Source of the DNA: the human T2T-CHM13v2.0 reference genome, Homo sapiens
Assembly: GCF_009914755.1 (NCBI RefSeq)
Contig: NC_060946.1
Direction: 5' to 3' (one strand)
DNA: 64,000 bases
Shown: positions 1 through 62,427 of the stretch, in pieces
Layout: each line of letters starts with the position of its first letter
How positions within the stretch are numbered: the first letter of the stretch is position 1
The notes under the pieces: model-generated
The model's input: only the letters and a program-made list of their open reading frames with translations
Told to the model about the DNA's origin: nothing
The model's database searches: none
Translations under genes and position numbers: made by a program

Positions 1-352
1 CAGCCTGGGCAAGAGTGTGAGATCCTGTCTTAAAAAATCACTAGTAAACCCCAGATCAGACATGATGCTACTCAAATTGTGCATCTCGATGGATTCTCCC
101 AGTGGGTGGGGGGAGCACCACTCTGGCCTGGCTTCCTTCACTGTTCTGTCAGCTTTCCTAGAGCCCAGTCCAGCTGCATCAGTGGCTGGGATGGCGTTAG
201 CAAACCCACTCCCTGTGCATATCAGCAGCACACCCTTAAAATGCATGCAAACTTTGATTCCTAACTTTCAGATTTCCTCCTACCGTGACATGAATTCTCA
301 CCAAACAAAGGCCAGAATGTTTTTTGACATATTTAGCTATTGATAGGCTTTA

Positions 353-1906
353 GCTCTCCCTCTCCCTCTCCCTCTCCCTCTCCTCACGGTCTCCCTCTCT
401 TTCCACGGTCTCCCTCTCATGCGGAGCCGAAGCTGGACTGTACTGCTGCCATCTCGGCTCACTGCAACCTCCCTGCCTGATTCTCCTGCCTCAGCCTGCC
501 GAGTGCCTGTGATTGCAGGCACGCGCCGCCACGCCTGACTGGTTTTGGTGGAGACGGGGTTTCGCTGTGTTGGCCGGGCTGGTCTCCAGCTCCTAACCGC
601 GAGTGATCCGCCAGCCTCGGCCTCCCGAAGTGCCGGGATTGCAGACGGAGTCTCGTTCACTCAGTGCTCAATGGTGCCCAGGCTGGAGTGCAGTGGCGTG
701 ATCTCGGCTCGCTACAACCTCCACCTCCCAGCCGCTTGCCTTGGCCTCCCAAAGTGCTGAGATTGCAGCCTCTGCCCGGCTGCCACCCCGTCTGGGAAGT
801 GAGGAGCGTCTCTGCCTGGCCGCCCATCGTCTGGGATGTGAGGAGCCCCTCTGCCTGGCTGCCCAGTCTGGAAAGTGAGGAGCGTCTCCGCCCGGCCGCC
901 ATCCCATCTAGGAAGTGAGGAGCGTCTCTGCCTGGCCGCCCATCGTCTGAGATGTGGGGAGCGCCTCTGCCCCGCCGCCCCGTCTGGGATGTGAGGAGCG
1001 CCTCTGCCCGGCCGCGACCCCGTCTGGGAGGTGAGGAGCGTCTCTGCCCAGCCGGCCCGTCTGAGAAGTGAGGAGACCCTCTGCCTGGCAACCACCCCGT
1101 CTGAGAAGTGAGGAGCCCCTCCGCCCGGCAGCCACCCTGTCCGGGAGGGAGGTGGGGGGTCAGCCCCCCGCCCGGCCAGCCGCCCCGTCCGGGAGGTGAG
1201 GGGCGCCTCTGCCCGGCCGCCCCTACTGGGAAGTGAGGAGCCCCTCTGCCCGGCCACCACCCCGTCTGGGAGGTGTGCCCAACAGCTCATTGAGAACGGG
1301 CCATGATGACAGTGGCAGTTTTGTGGAATAGAAAGGCGGGAAAGGTGGGGAAAAGATTGAGAAATCGGATGGTTGCCGTGTCTGTGTAGAAAGAAGTAGA
1401 CATGGGAGACTTTTCATTTTGTTCTGCACTAAGAAAAATTCTTCTGCCTTGGGATCCTGTTGATCGGTGACCTTACCCCCAACCCTGTGCTCTCTGAAAC
1501 ATGTGCTGTGTCCACTCAGGGTTAAATGGATTAAGGGCGGTGCAAGATGTGCTTTGTTAAACAGACGCTTGAAGGCAGCATGCTCGTTAAGTGTCATCAC
1601 CACTCCCTAATCTCAAGTACCCAGGGACACAAACACTGCGGAAGGCCGCAGGGTCCTCTGCCTAGGAAAACCAGAGACCTTTGTTCACTTGTTTATCTGC
1701 TGACCTTCCCTCCACTATTGTCCCATGACCCTGCCAAATCCCCCTCTGTGAGAAACACCCAAGAATTATCAATAAAAAAATAAATTAAAAAAAAAAAAGA
1801 ATAACAAGAAACATCTATTCTCTGTTTTCCATACCCTAAGCTTGGTTCTAAGCACCTTATGTTCATTGACTTATTAAATTCTCACAACATGAAAAAAAAA
1901 AAAAAA
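353..1906 (+). mobile_element. Full-length SVA retrotransposon (B/C-like, subfamily uncertain) with 3' transduction
   Basis: (CCCTCT)n hexamer ~353-392, Alu-like domain ~420-770, GC-rich VNTR ~770-1275, SINE-R ~1275-1775, AATAAA 1771-1776, poly(A) 1787-1798, extra 93 bp then second poly(A) 1892-1906; TSD GATAGGCTTTA at 342-352 and 1907-1917. Confidence 0.95.
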
Positions 1907-1917
1907 GATAGGCTTTA

Positions 1918-2294
<377 letters not shown>

Positions 2295-3229
2295 TAACTG
2301 TTTCAAAACAGTGCAGTAGGCAGTGTAAATGTGGCTCTATTTTTGGAACTGTTACTGTTTAACGCTTGTTAAGCATCCTGGGTAAATATATCTTACACAG
2401 ATAATCCTACACAGTGAGCTTCTTAAAATAAGAGCATAAAAGCTACTCGGGCAAGATTTAGGGAGACAGGAAGCTATACATTGTTACTGTAGATTAGTCT
2501 CAAAAGTTCTGATCAACTTTCTATTTTGACATTTGGAGACATCCATAGGTGCTTCTCTTGTTAAAGATTAATGTCTCTTGTCTCTAAACCAATTCGTGTT
2601 ACTGGAAGGAAAGGCAACGCAAGTTTTATAAATCAGCCCCTTTGTGGGCTCCATTTTGCTATACTCTATGTTCTCTGAGAGTGCTACCAACGGAATTGAG
2701 AAAATAACCATCCAGACGGGCTATTTGGGGGCTGATCTTTACCCTGGAATCTTCCTGGAAGGTGAACGGCCTATGTCATGCAGTTGTTATGCAAGAGGTA
2801 TCATGGGACCTTTCCTTCTGGGCGCTCATGGAGCCGCGGCAGAGCCCTGGGTGACCCAGCAGCAGCTGCCTGCTGTGTGGCTGCCTTCACTGTCCTCCCC
2901 CACAACTGCTGTTGATTTCTCTGCATTGACCCTGCAGATGTTTCCCTGGCCTCGTGGTGTTCCTTTGGACTTTTAAGGGACCTCTGTGCATCTATTTTAG
3001 TCCCCTTTCTGCTAGCAATGCTCACTCCCCTAGTTTCCTTAAGCAGTTTTATAAAAAACCTTCAGTGAAAAATACTAGCCAAGAAGGCGAAGGCATCTGG
3101 AAAATCCCCAGATTTGGCTATTGTGTGCTGCAATCCCAGCCCCCTTCTACAGCCATGACATGCATATCAATGCAGGTGCCCTTGAGACTCCTGCAGGTTC
3201 GAGAAAGCATGACATGCTCCCAGAATCCT

Positions 3230-3458
3230 GGATTTGGACTTCATTCTGGACAGCATATGACAAGGACGAGGACCCCTATTCTAGCCAGTTAAAGCTGGAC
3301 AGAATTTTTAAAAGCAATGAAGCCAGTTCCTTGGATATATCCACGGGCTTTGCTTTGAGAAGGAACTGAGTAGGCAGTGAGAAGAGTCGAGTGAAGCCTG
3401 GCCCGTGAGTGCCTCAACAACTGAGATGAACGTCGACTCGCTTGCAGGCAAGTTGTCA
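3230..3458 (+). other. SLC25A18: Probable SLC25A18 first (leader) exon; 5' end not definable from sequence
   Basis: Unique sequence ending in two strong donors, CAG|GCAAGT (3447/3448) and TCA|GTAAGTAT (3458/3459); position agrees with my recollection of the gene model; start coordinate is a guess. Confidence 0.5.
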
Positions 3459-4029
3459 GTAAGTATTTATTAAATACCCACCGTGAGCCTTGTACTTTGC
3501 CTAGTTACTAAGAAACCAAAAGGGGGAAAAATAGCCTCATCTGCTCAGAGTTCATAATAAACCTGTATTGTGAATACAGAATACAGAAAAACTGGACTCT
3601 AGTGAGGTGCTAGAAAGAGTGTACTGCTTAGCTGAGATAGCAGATGAAGGAAAAATATTTTTGGTTCCTCCCTGCCATGCAATCGTACCGGGAGGGTGGA
3701 GTGTTGGTGTTCTCAGCCCATTTAATTTGGATGGAGCTGCGGGCTCATCAGTTTGGGGACTGGCTTCATCGCTTGTTCTGTCCAGCAGTCGCGTCTTCTC
3801 GGACTCCTTGTTCCAGCTTGAATTCCTCTTTTGCCCTGGCTCCACTCTAAGACGAAGACTGTGTAATTCAGAAAATGCAGCGCAAGTAATTATGTCCAGT
3901 GTGATGCTAAACATTTCCCAAAGGCAGCGTAGATCTGCAGAAACTGCAGCTTGGGAGAAGTGATGGTGTTCCTCTCCCCACCACCTCAGCCTGCCCTGAT
4001 CATTCTCACTCACATGATCTATTGTGATG

Positions 4030-4190
4030 TTCTCACAATGTAGCCTGGCCATCATCTGGGAACTTGCTGGAAATGCAGATTTTGGCATCCCGCCTAAGAC
4101 CTTAAACTGAAGAAGGGCCTAGCTCTCTCTTGTAACTAGCAACAGATGCAACCTGCATGGTTCTGATGCAAACTGACCTGGAAGAATGGC
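4030..4190. mobile_element. MER5-like hAT-Charlie relic
   Basis: catctgggaacttgctggaaatgcagatt...ggttctgatgca motifs. Confidence 0.5.
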
Positions 4191-4323
4191 CCTGGCATTT
4201 ACATTTTGGTCCTTAGATGCAGGTAATCTGAGCTGAACATCTTCAAACCTGAGGCATAGCATAGAAAAAAGAATACAAACAGTTTATATAAAGTAAAAAA
4301 AATTTTTAGAAAGGACTTAAGTT

Positions 4324-5738
<1,415 letters not shown>

Positions 5739-5739
5739 C

Positions 5740-5859
5740 TGTGTTTACTTTTTTGAGGACCTGCCATACTGTCTTCCACCATGGCTGCCGTGTTTTACAT
5801 TCTCACCAGCAAGGGTTCCAATTCTCTACATCCGCACCAATGCCGATCTCTATTTTTTT

Positions 5860-5860
<1 letters not shown>
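5740..5860 (-). mobile_element. Old L1 (L1M) fragment
   Basis: tttttgaggacctgccatactgtcttccaccatggctg...ttttacattctcaccagca resembles antisense L1 ORF2 3' region. Confidence 0.65.
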
Positions 5861-6912
<1,052 letters not shown>

Positions 6913-6929
6913 AATGTATATTTTACAAA

Positions 6930-7120
6930 GAATTAGCATGTGAATACCTTTTATGTGCCAGGCACTGTACTAAGTGCACTACATCTAGATATGAGTCCCA
7001 TCTCATAGATGAACAGGCAACACAGACAACTTAAGTAACTTGTTTAAGGTCACACAGCTAGTAAGCAGTAAACTAAGATTCAAACTGTTTCAAAAGCAAT
7101 CCTATTTTCAAGTCCACTCT
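6930..7120. mobile_element. MIR relic
   Basis: atgtgccaggcactgtactaag...ttaagtaacttgtttaaggtcacacagctagtaag MIR core. Confidence 0.7.
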
Positions 7121-7544
7121 ACAGCCTCATTTCAGATTAATTACAATCCTGTTACATGGATGTCCCATTCCCCTTTTATGAAAAAAGCACTAAAGTAGCT
7201 TCCCTAAAGTGTATTACTTCATAATTTAGGAGCTGGAATCTGAACGTGCATCTGACTTCAAAGTATCCAGTGCTGATTCTTCACCTCTCCCAGATCCTTC
7301 GCCTGGCAGCAGGGCCCTGTTTCATCTAGACCCAACGTGGTTTAACAGCCTTTTGCCCCAAATTAGACAATTTGCCAGTGGATCTCCATTTTACCTCTCT
7401 ATCCTTGCTTTTATAATTCCATCAACATCTTTGCCTTTCCTCCAACCCAAAATCAATTGCCACTTTCTTCCTGAAACCTTTCCATGTCTCCAAAACTCCA
7501 AGAAACCTTCCTTAACTCAAGCAGCATTGAGTTCACAACTCACT

Positions 7545-9072
<1,528 letters not shown>

Positions 9073-9669
9073 CTTGTAACATTCTTAAGCATTGAGAATG
9101 TGCCAAAACTACATTGCAGCCCTCCTGCAGCTGAGCACGTGATAGCCCCCAACAAATACATGCAAAGTGAAAGGAAAATGTGTTCCTGCAGGGAGGATGC
9201 CTCCCAGGATCATTGAAATAGCCGGTTATCAGCAGTAAGAAAAGTGCATGAGACTGAGAAGCAGAGATTTGCTTCTGGCACCAAATGTCTTGCAAAAGTG
9301 TTTGCGTTGCATTGATTTTCAGTGTTTGTCCTCCTCCCTGGCTTCCAGGTCTCTGAGTGGGCGGTGAATCTCCCCTCACCCCCAAGCTGCCTTGTTAAAA
9401 TCTTTTCCCAGCCTGGACTTTTTGTCCGAGTCATACTAGCCACCAAGTAAACAGCAACCTACTTGCCACCTGGGGAGGTGCAGCGTGGCTTGACTGGATA
9501 GTAGCCTCTTTGGGTTTTGCTTCAAACCCAACCTATTTGAAGGTGCAGTGTGCGGTGAGAGTCTGGAACCCTGCAGTGGTGATGAGGGGGAGGCAGAGGG
9601 AGGGAAACTGACCACAGAAGGGAAAACCAGTCCAAGCTGGCTGACACTGAAAGCCACCTCTCCCTGCAG

Positions 9670-9732
9670 CTCAGCAGCGATCTGAACTATATCCTGGGTT
9701 CCAGAAAAGGCAGAGGTTCTTACCGAAAGCAG
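9670..9732 (+). other. SLC25A18: SLC25A18 5' leader exon 2 (63 nt)
   Basis: ccacctctccctgcag| acceptor and perfect CAG|gtaagt donor. Confidence 0.7.
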
Positions 9733-10101
9733 GTAAGTGTCTTGTCTGTCTGCATCAAGCTCAGAGTTGGTAGGAAAAGACTCTTCTAGCAAATAAACCA
9801 TTGGGGGAAAGGGGAAGAGCAGCCAGTGGGACAGGGACACTCATCCCATTTGTTGGATAGAGTCAGAAGGGGTGGGCACGAGGAAGTGGCCGCCCCTGAC
9901 CATGGGGTATCCCAGGCAACATCCAAGCCAGGAAGCAAGTGATTTTCTTGGCAATAAGTCAAGAACTGGCTCCTGGCTACTAGTGTGAGGGGCTCATTCC
10001 TGGGAACACTCACCCTTGCTCTGCTAATAAGAGGAAGTAGGCGGGGACGTGGTCATCACCCTGAGGCCCCCAACCCAGCTCCTCACAGTGGGAATAAATG
10101 A

Positions 10102-10531
<430 letters not shown>

Positions 10532-11236
10532 TCAAGACCGTCTTAACTCACAAATAACTGGTAATTTTCATGGGGAAGCAAGTCAGTGTCAATGTAATGC
10601 AGTAAGTGCTGCAACTGAATATTCAATGGGTTAACAGGAGAGGGCTCCTAGCCAAGAATGGGGTGACTCCAGAAAGGCATGTGGGAGGAGGTGACGTCTG
10701 AGCTGAAGCCCAAAGAACAGTTTGTAAATCACTGGGTTTGGATGCGGAAAGAGTGTCCTGGGTGAAGGGGACAGTATGTGCAAGACTCGGAAGCAAGACT
10801 GACGTGTTCCGAAAGCAAAAGTTGAAAGCAGGGGGTGAGGGAGAGGAAAACCAGGGCAGGTTGTGCGGGAGTGGGAGCCTGTCCCGAGAGCCGTGGGAAG
10901 GCAGCCCCCGCGCCCTTTCACCCACTTGGCCGTTTGGAAGGTGGATTTGAAGGCAACAAGGCTGAAGGCAAGGAGCTGAGTTAGGAGCCCTCAGGCATCC
11001 GGAGGGACAATCTGTGGTGATCTAGCAGTGGCTGCACAGAAGGGGAAGCCAGAGGAGTCAAGCCAAGGGAATGGGACGTTTTTAAACAGGAAGAACGAAA
11101 AGCTATGTGATCTGAGGAGCTTGGAAAACTCCAGCACGCTCCTCCCTGCAGCTCAGCAGCTAGTATCATTTCTCTAAATAGTGTGTCTTGTTCACAATAT
11201 GACCCTCAGTTACAATGTATTAAGAATCACTTCTCC

Positions 11237-12852
<1,616 letters not shown>

Positions 12853-13704
12853 TTTTACAGTTTTCTGTACCTTCTGGATTTTCTACTATTTTTTCTATTA
12901 CTTTAAGCACTTTAAGAAAGGGAGCAGATGTTCGTTAGTAACAAAAAGTCATGGATCATTCCTGTTAGCTCATTATTTTCTAGCAAAACAGACAGGGTGG
13001 GCCACAGGTTAGTTCTGGTGGTGGGATTCAGGCAGGGGTGGCCGGAGTAGCCTCTGAATGCTGCTGAGTGGTGAGATCAGTTGACAGTGCTGCACCTCCT
13101 CTCTGACTTCCTCCCCACTTCCCCCCAAAACCTGTCTGCTTCTGACTCTACACCAGAACCATCCTTAGCCACCTCCACATTTGAAAAATAGAGTCTGGAG
13201 TGGTGAGGAGGTAGGACTCAGTATCTGGAAATACTCCTGGAAATGGGGCACCTGGGGGCTGGAGGACTAGCCCAAGGCCAGCCACGGCAGCATGGTGTCT
13301 ACAGCTGAGGTGTTCTTTCTGTCAAGCCGGTGTGCCTGCTGGCTGACTTCCTTCCCACAGTGCTGAGGAGAGAGTTCCCGAAGCCCCACTGACCCCATCT
13401 CTCTCCTTCCCTGCAGGCAGCTTCGGTTCCTAACTTGCATCCTTCATTCCTCACCTCAGAGCTGAGACAGCTCCATGGTTCTCTGCGGTTCAGCCCTGGA
13501 CAGTCACCAAGGCTCTCTACAAAGTTCTCTCCCAGTAACCCTTGTTCTCTACCCCTTCTCCCTAATCCCTCCCTCTCCACTTCATTGTTTTACTCTGAAG
13601 GGTCTCCTAATTGGCCTCTCACTGACTCCCCTCAACCCATTCTTCCAGAATAACTGTCCTCATACTACATTCAATGTGGTATTTTCCCCCTTAAAAGCAT
13701 TCAG

Positions 13705-14896
<1,192 letters not shown>

Positions 14897-15819
14897 GTGC
14901 TCTCTTATTCTTTAAGTCCCACTTCTCCAAGCCAGCCCTTAGTGACTCTGCACACCTCTGAGCCTTTCAGCACGCACTGTCTAAGCCGCTCAGTTGCCAT
15001 TAAATGGAATGTGAGGGTTTTAAAAATGTATTTATTAAGCACTCTTTGGTTACCAAGTTACAGAACTCTACTATCTTAAGACAATAAGTCACCTCATTAG
15101 AAGCATAGTGGGAGACCCTTTTTGTGGTCAAGGTCAGGAATAAAGTGGATCGCTGTGCAGTAATAAGGCAGAAGTCTCTCCCGCCTTGCATCATCTCTGC
15201 GGGTCTGCTTTATTTATCTCTGTTTCCTCAATCATGTGACAAGTTTGCTGATGGGCCCCAAGTTTTATCTGTTACAGGTAAAATGCCCCTAAAAGAGGCT
15301 GCATACACTTTAAAAATTCCTATGGAAGGGGTTGAATCATTCAGCTTAAGTCAGGTCTCCATCCTTACACAGTGAACAGTAGCCAGGGGATGGAGTTCCA
15401 GGGACGTGGCAGTTCCCAGTGCAACTAACCCGGAATAGCAAGGGGGAAAGGGCAAGTCCTAGAATGGGGTATGCTCACCCACTGCATTCCACCTTTTGAC
15501 ACTAAGAACATGCAAACATGCTATTTCCCGTGTATCAAATTTCTTCTTCTCAATAAGATTCAGTTATCACATGTAAATTGTGAATGCACTTGTCTTCCCA
15601 GTGCACAGTGACACAATGTCATGGCCAGATGCTGCATCCCAAGGCGGTGACAGGGAGCCTCTGTCTTCCAGCTGGCTGCTTTTCTAGTCCTTTCCCACTT
15701 TGTTTCCAAAGAGTTCCAGATGTGTTTTCTCATTGTTCTGCATCCCAGCACTTAGATGATCTTTTCTACCCCAATACCCCCTACACCCTCTAAATTCCTT
15801 CAGAAAAGAAGGTAGAGGA

Positions 15820-19130
<3,311 letters not shown>

Positions 19131-19488
19131 ATCTTAAGTATTTTATTGTAGTCCTTGGACACCAAGAGAGGGATTCCTAGTTCATAGCAACTCCTCTTAA
19201 AATCCTTTCCATCCCTTCTGCTTCCTCCAGTGCCACTCCCATGCCTCTGTCCAAAATGCCCCAGACATCCTTTCCTCCAGCCTCAGCAGGCTGCTGTATC
19301 CTTCTCTCTCATTCCCCTTCCTTCTTATCTGATCCCCAGAGTCCAAAAGTTCGAGGATTCTGATTTGAATCCCAAAGTCCAAAAGGTTTAGGAAGGGAAA
19401 AAAGTGGAGCAAGCGGGCCGCATGAATCCACTAGTGACGTGCGTCCTCGCCCATCTGTGAGGTGAGTGTTTCTCTGACTACTTTGCAG

Positions 19489-19688
19489 GGGAGGAAGCCG
19501 CAGCCCAAGGAGGTCGTCACTTGCCGGGAAGGTGGCTCGGGCCAGGCTGCACTCAAAACCCGTGCTCTGTCCACACTGCTACGGGGCCAGAGCCAAGGAA
19601 GCTTCCACTTCTTCCCCCAGACAGCCCCAACAGCGGCTACCCCAAGGAGCCAGCAGCCTTGTGTCCTGGGATCCCCAGCCCCTGCAGA
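19489..19688 (+). other. SLC25A18: SLC25A18 exon 3, 5' UTR portion (200 nt)
   Basis: ctgac branch-like motif + tactttgcag| acceptor at 19487-19488; no ATG before 19689. Confidence 0.75.
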
Positions 19689-29980
<10,292 letters not shown>

Positions 29981-30608
29981 ACAGAGCTGGAGGTCAAGTC
30001 CCTGCGCTTGCCGCCCTCTCTCTAGCTGTTTCACTTAGCCTAGAGGGGGCAAGGGCAGGTGGGGCCACTCTGGCCTGCCTGGTCCTCTGCGTTGTAGTGC
30101 TACCTCAATCTCGGGAGAAACAGCCCTATATTCTAACAAGTTGAGCACAGCCTTCTTCCCCTTCGTGTCTACACTCGTTTTCCTTTGTGGGCACAGCTAC
30201 CAGGGGCTTTTGGAAGCCCCTAACCACCTACTTTTCAACAAAAATGGTACTTTCGTTGTATTAATTGCAGGACCTTAACAGGTAGTCACAATAGAAGGGT
30301 TGTTTCTGTATTTTAACATTTCTATTTCACAGTCAAACTCGGCATTCTTCAGTCAGCTTGAGGATTTAGCATTGTTAATCTTGGACTCCATAACTTATGA
30401 GTCCTAGCACTGATTTTGAGGAAAAGGAGGATCAGAAGTTCAAGGGACCGTGAAAGCCCTCAGAGTCAGCACCTAGTTTGAGACCAAGCACCCTTTCGAA
30501 TCCCTGGATGGCTGAGGGGGCTGAGGCCGGCTCTGACTGGGCAGCTCAGCCCCTCCCCCAGAGCCCAGGGTCTTGCACACCCCTCCCTGTAACCAAGGAA
30601 CACTCTGA

Positions 30609-30614
30609 AATAAA
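30609..30614 (+). terminator. SLC25A18: Probable SLC25A18 poly(A) signal AATAAA (alternatives at 31198, 31631, 31648, 31929/31933)
   Basis: First canonical hexamer I find after the stop codon. Confidence 0.65.
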
Positions 30615-31291
30615 GGTGAATGGCTAAAATCTCATCTGTTCATCAGTGGGTACAGCAGATAGGCTGCAGTGAATGCTATCACCATCTACTTTTCTACGTC
30701 CATTTCAAAACCAAACATTAAAAAGGGCATAGAAGCAGACCCCCGTCACTCTTCAAACTGTTACTTGTGGGGGTGGAGGAACACAGCCATAGGGAAATAT
30801 CTGCTTGTTAGTGACACTGGGTTTTAAGCCTTGATTCTATCCCTTCATAAGTGAATCGTCTTGAGGAGCTGAGTTTGCTGTGAGAGCCCTCCTCACGCAC
30901 CTCGATTCCTCCCCCAAAGGCTGCTACAGGAGAGATAATGTCACAGCAGCAGGGCCAAGTCCTAAGAAAATCAGCACCTGCTGCAGGAGCTGGTGTTTAC
31001 AATAGTCCCATCTACTGTGAAACCTGGGCTAACAAGGAAGAGGATGGTGCTAACATGGTCAGCCCTGGGGGCCTCACTCTCTGTTATGAGAACTGCATTT
31101 GAGTATGGGCCCTGGAGACAGACCTCAGTTCAAGTCCCAGCTCCACCATGTACTAGCTGCAAGGCCCTGGGCAGCTCTTAGTCGTCACCTACGGAAAAAT
31201 AAAACATGGGACAGGGAAGGAAGAACAGGGCCTCTGTGAAAGGATCTGGTTCCAGCACACAGTGACCTGCTCCAAAATAACTCGGTTTTTT

Positions 31292-31614
<323 letters not shown>

Positions 31615-31925
31615 TCATTCGGGCAACACTAATAAAACTATTTCCTCAATAAAGTTGTGCACGTCACGCTGAAGAGCCATGTGGGGTGTGTGGAAGATTG
31701 CAAGGGTGGAAAGAATGCTCCTGGTGATGGGCTGGGAACAACGGGCAACAGCCCAGGGGACCCCCAGAGGGTTAACGGGTCCAGGTGCTGACAGCTGTCA
31801 CCATCAAGTGCCACGGGGATTGGGAAAATACTTCTTTTCTAGGTGCCTCAGTAAGAATTTGACTCTGTCAAAACCTAAATTTGTAGTGCCTTACACTAGA
31901 AATCACATTAAATCCGCATAACTCT

Positions 31926-31931
31926 TTTAAT
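31926..31931 (-). terminator. ATP6V1E1: Probable ATP6V1E1 poly(A) signal ATTAAA
   Basis: tttaat on + strand ~490 nt past the stop codon. Confidence 0.6.
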
Positions 31932-32417
31932 AAATAAAGCATATTCATGGCTTAGATTTTAAATCACATTTACAGATGAGGGAAAACTTCTAGGCCTAAA
32001 CAGGTAACAGTAAAGCGACTACTGCTGGAAGGAGTGGTGTGCCACATGCGCCTTAAGCCTCAAGAGTGGGGACTGCAGGGCCAAACACCAAATACATCAC
32101 CTTTAGGCCAGACGGAGAGTGGAGACCCAGGAAGCCCATGCAACCACCATCTGCCCCCTCCCCTAGTGCTGCAGAACCGGCTGGACACTGTCACACTTTC
32201 AGAAGAACTGGAGGTGGGTCCTGATCATATTACATGAAGCTTTCCACCATTGTGAACAATTAGGCAAGGCATGAGTGACAGAGGGGCATCGCTGATAAAT
32301 ACAGAGCAATACTGGGGCAGTGAAGAGGAAGCTACAGAGACATTCGTGTTTCTTCAAATATCAGAAGCTTCCACATCACAGCAGGAGAGCTGACGACGAG
32401 CTCCACCTCCTGAAGGC

Positions 32418-59270
<26,853 letters not shown>

Positions 59271-59479
59271 CTATAAGGAAAAAAAGTTTTATTTTTTAGT
59301 TCAAAAATATGGAAATATCTTTTCTGATTCATTGAACAAGTAATCATAGGTAGGTGCAGTGGCTCACGCCCGTAATCCTACCACTCTGGGGGGCCAAGGA
59401 GGGAGGATTGCTTTAGGCCAGGAGGTGGAGACTAGTCTGGACAACACAGATACCCCGTCTCTACTAAAAATTTAAAAAA

Positions 59480-61655
<2,176 letters not shown>

Positions 61656-62244
61656 TAGGAACTTGTTAAAGGTTCCTAGATCACCGGCTACAATTGGAGA
61701 ATAAAGTCCAATGAAGGCTTCCGAATGGGGCTTGGGGAATAATCCAACTTAGACTCATAAATGAAGTATCATCTCTTGTGGCAGATATAAAATATACCCA
61801 AGTAAAAATCCAACCGACACAGCTCATCAAACTCACTGGTTGTGGGATGCAATGGTAGCTTCATTTCCTAAGGGAGTGATGAAATCCAAAAAGGAAAAAA
61901 AAGCTAAAAATTGACGTAGGATCTTTAGGTCATTAATTCATTTTGTTTATTAATTATCCCACTAAAAGGTAAGCACCACTGAGTACAGGGATCTTGTCTT
62001 TTATGCCAGTGTGAACCCAGAACATGGAACAACCACCACCATAGGAGATGCTCAAAAAAATTTGTGAATGAATGCAAATCTGTTGGGAGTTTCAAGACTT
62101 CTAAGGAATACAAGGTATCCCAGGTACTTTTTAGGGTTTAACAATCTGTAAACAATCCCCATAGCAGCTTCTCCATATAACACAAGATATCATAAATCTT
62201 AAGTATACATAGGTGTACCAAAACGAATTAAGAAAGCACTACTG

Positions 62245-62413
62245 GGTGGGGAGCTAGGGGAGGGATAGCATTAGGAGAAATACCTAATGTAGATGATGGG
62301 TTGATGGGTGCAGCAAACCACCATGGCACGCGTATCACTATGTAACAAACCTGTGCACATTCTGCACATGTATCTCAGAACTTAAAGTATAATGAAACAA
62401 AAAAAAGAAAGAA
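62245..62413 (+). mobile_element. Severely 5'-truncated L1PA (3' UTR end only)
   Basis: ggggagggatagcattaggagaaatacctaatgtagatg...cttaaagtataat + A tail; TSD aagaaa(g/a)cactactg 62230-62244 / 62414-62428. Confidence 0.9.
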
Positions 62414-62427
62414 AAGAAAACACTACT

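Noticed and set aside
770-1275. Regularly spaced ~40-bp repeats superficially like a CRISPR array
   Set aside because: SVA VNTR: no unique spacers, eukaryotic context, no cas genes
337-1783. Cluster of 70-190 aa ORFs on both strands
   Set aside because: All lie within the SVA (Alu-like, VNTR, SINE-R); repetitive GC-rich translation, not genes
3552-4088. 178-aa minus-strand ORF near the SLC25A18 5' end
   Set aside because: No recognisable domain, 5' end falls in a MER5-like relic, no supporting exon structure
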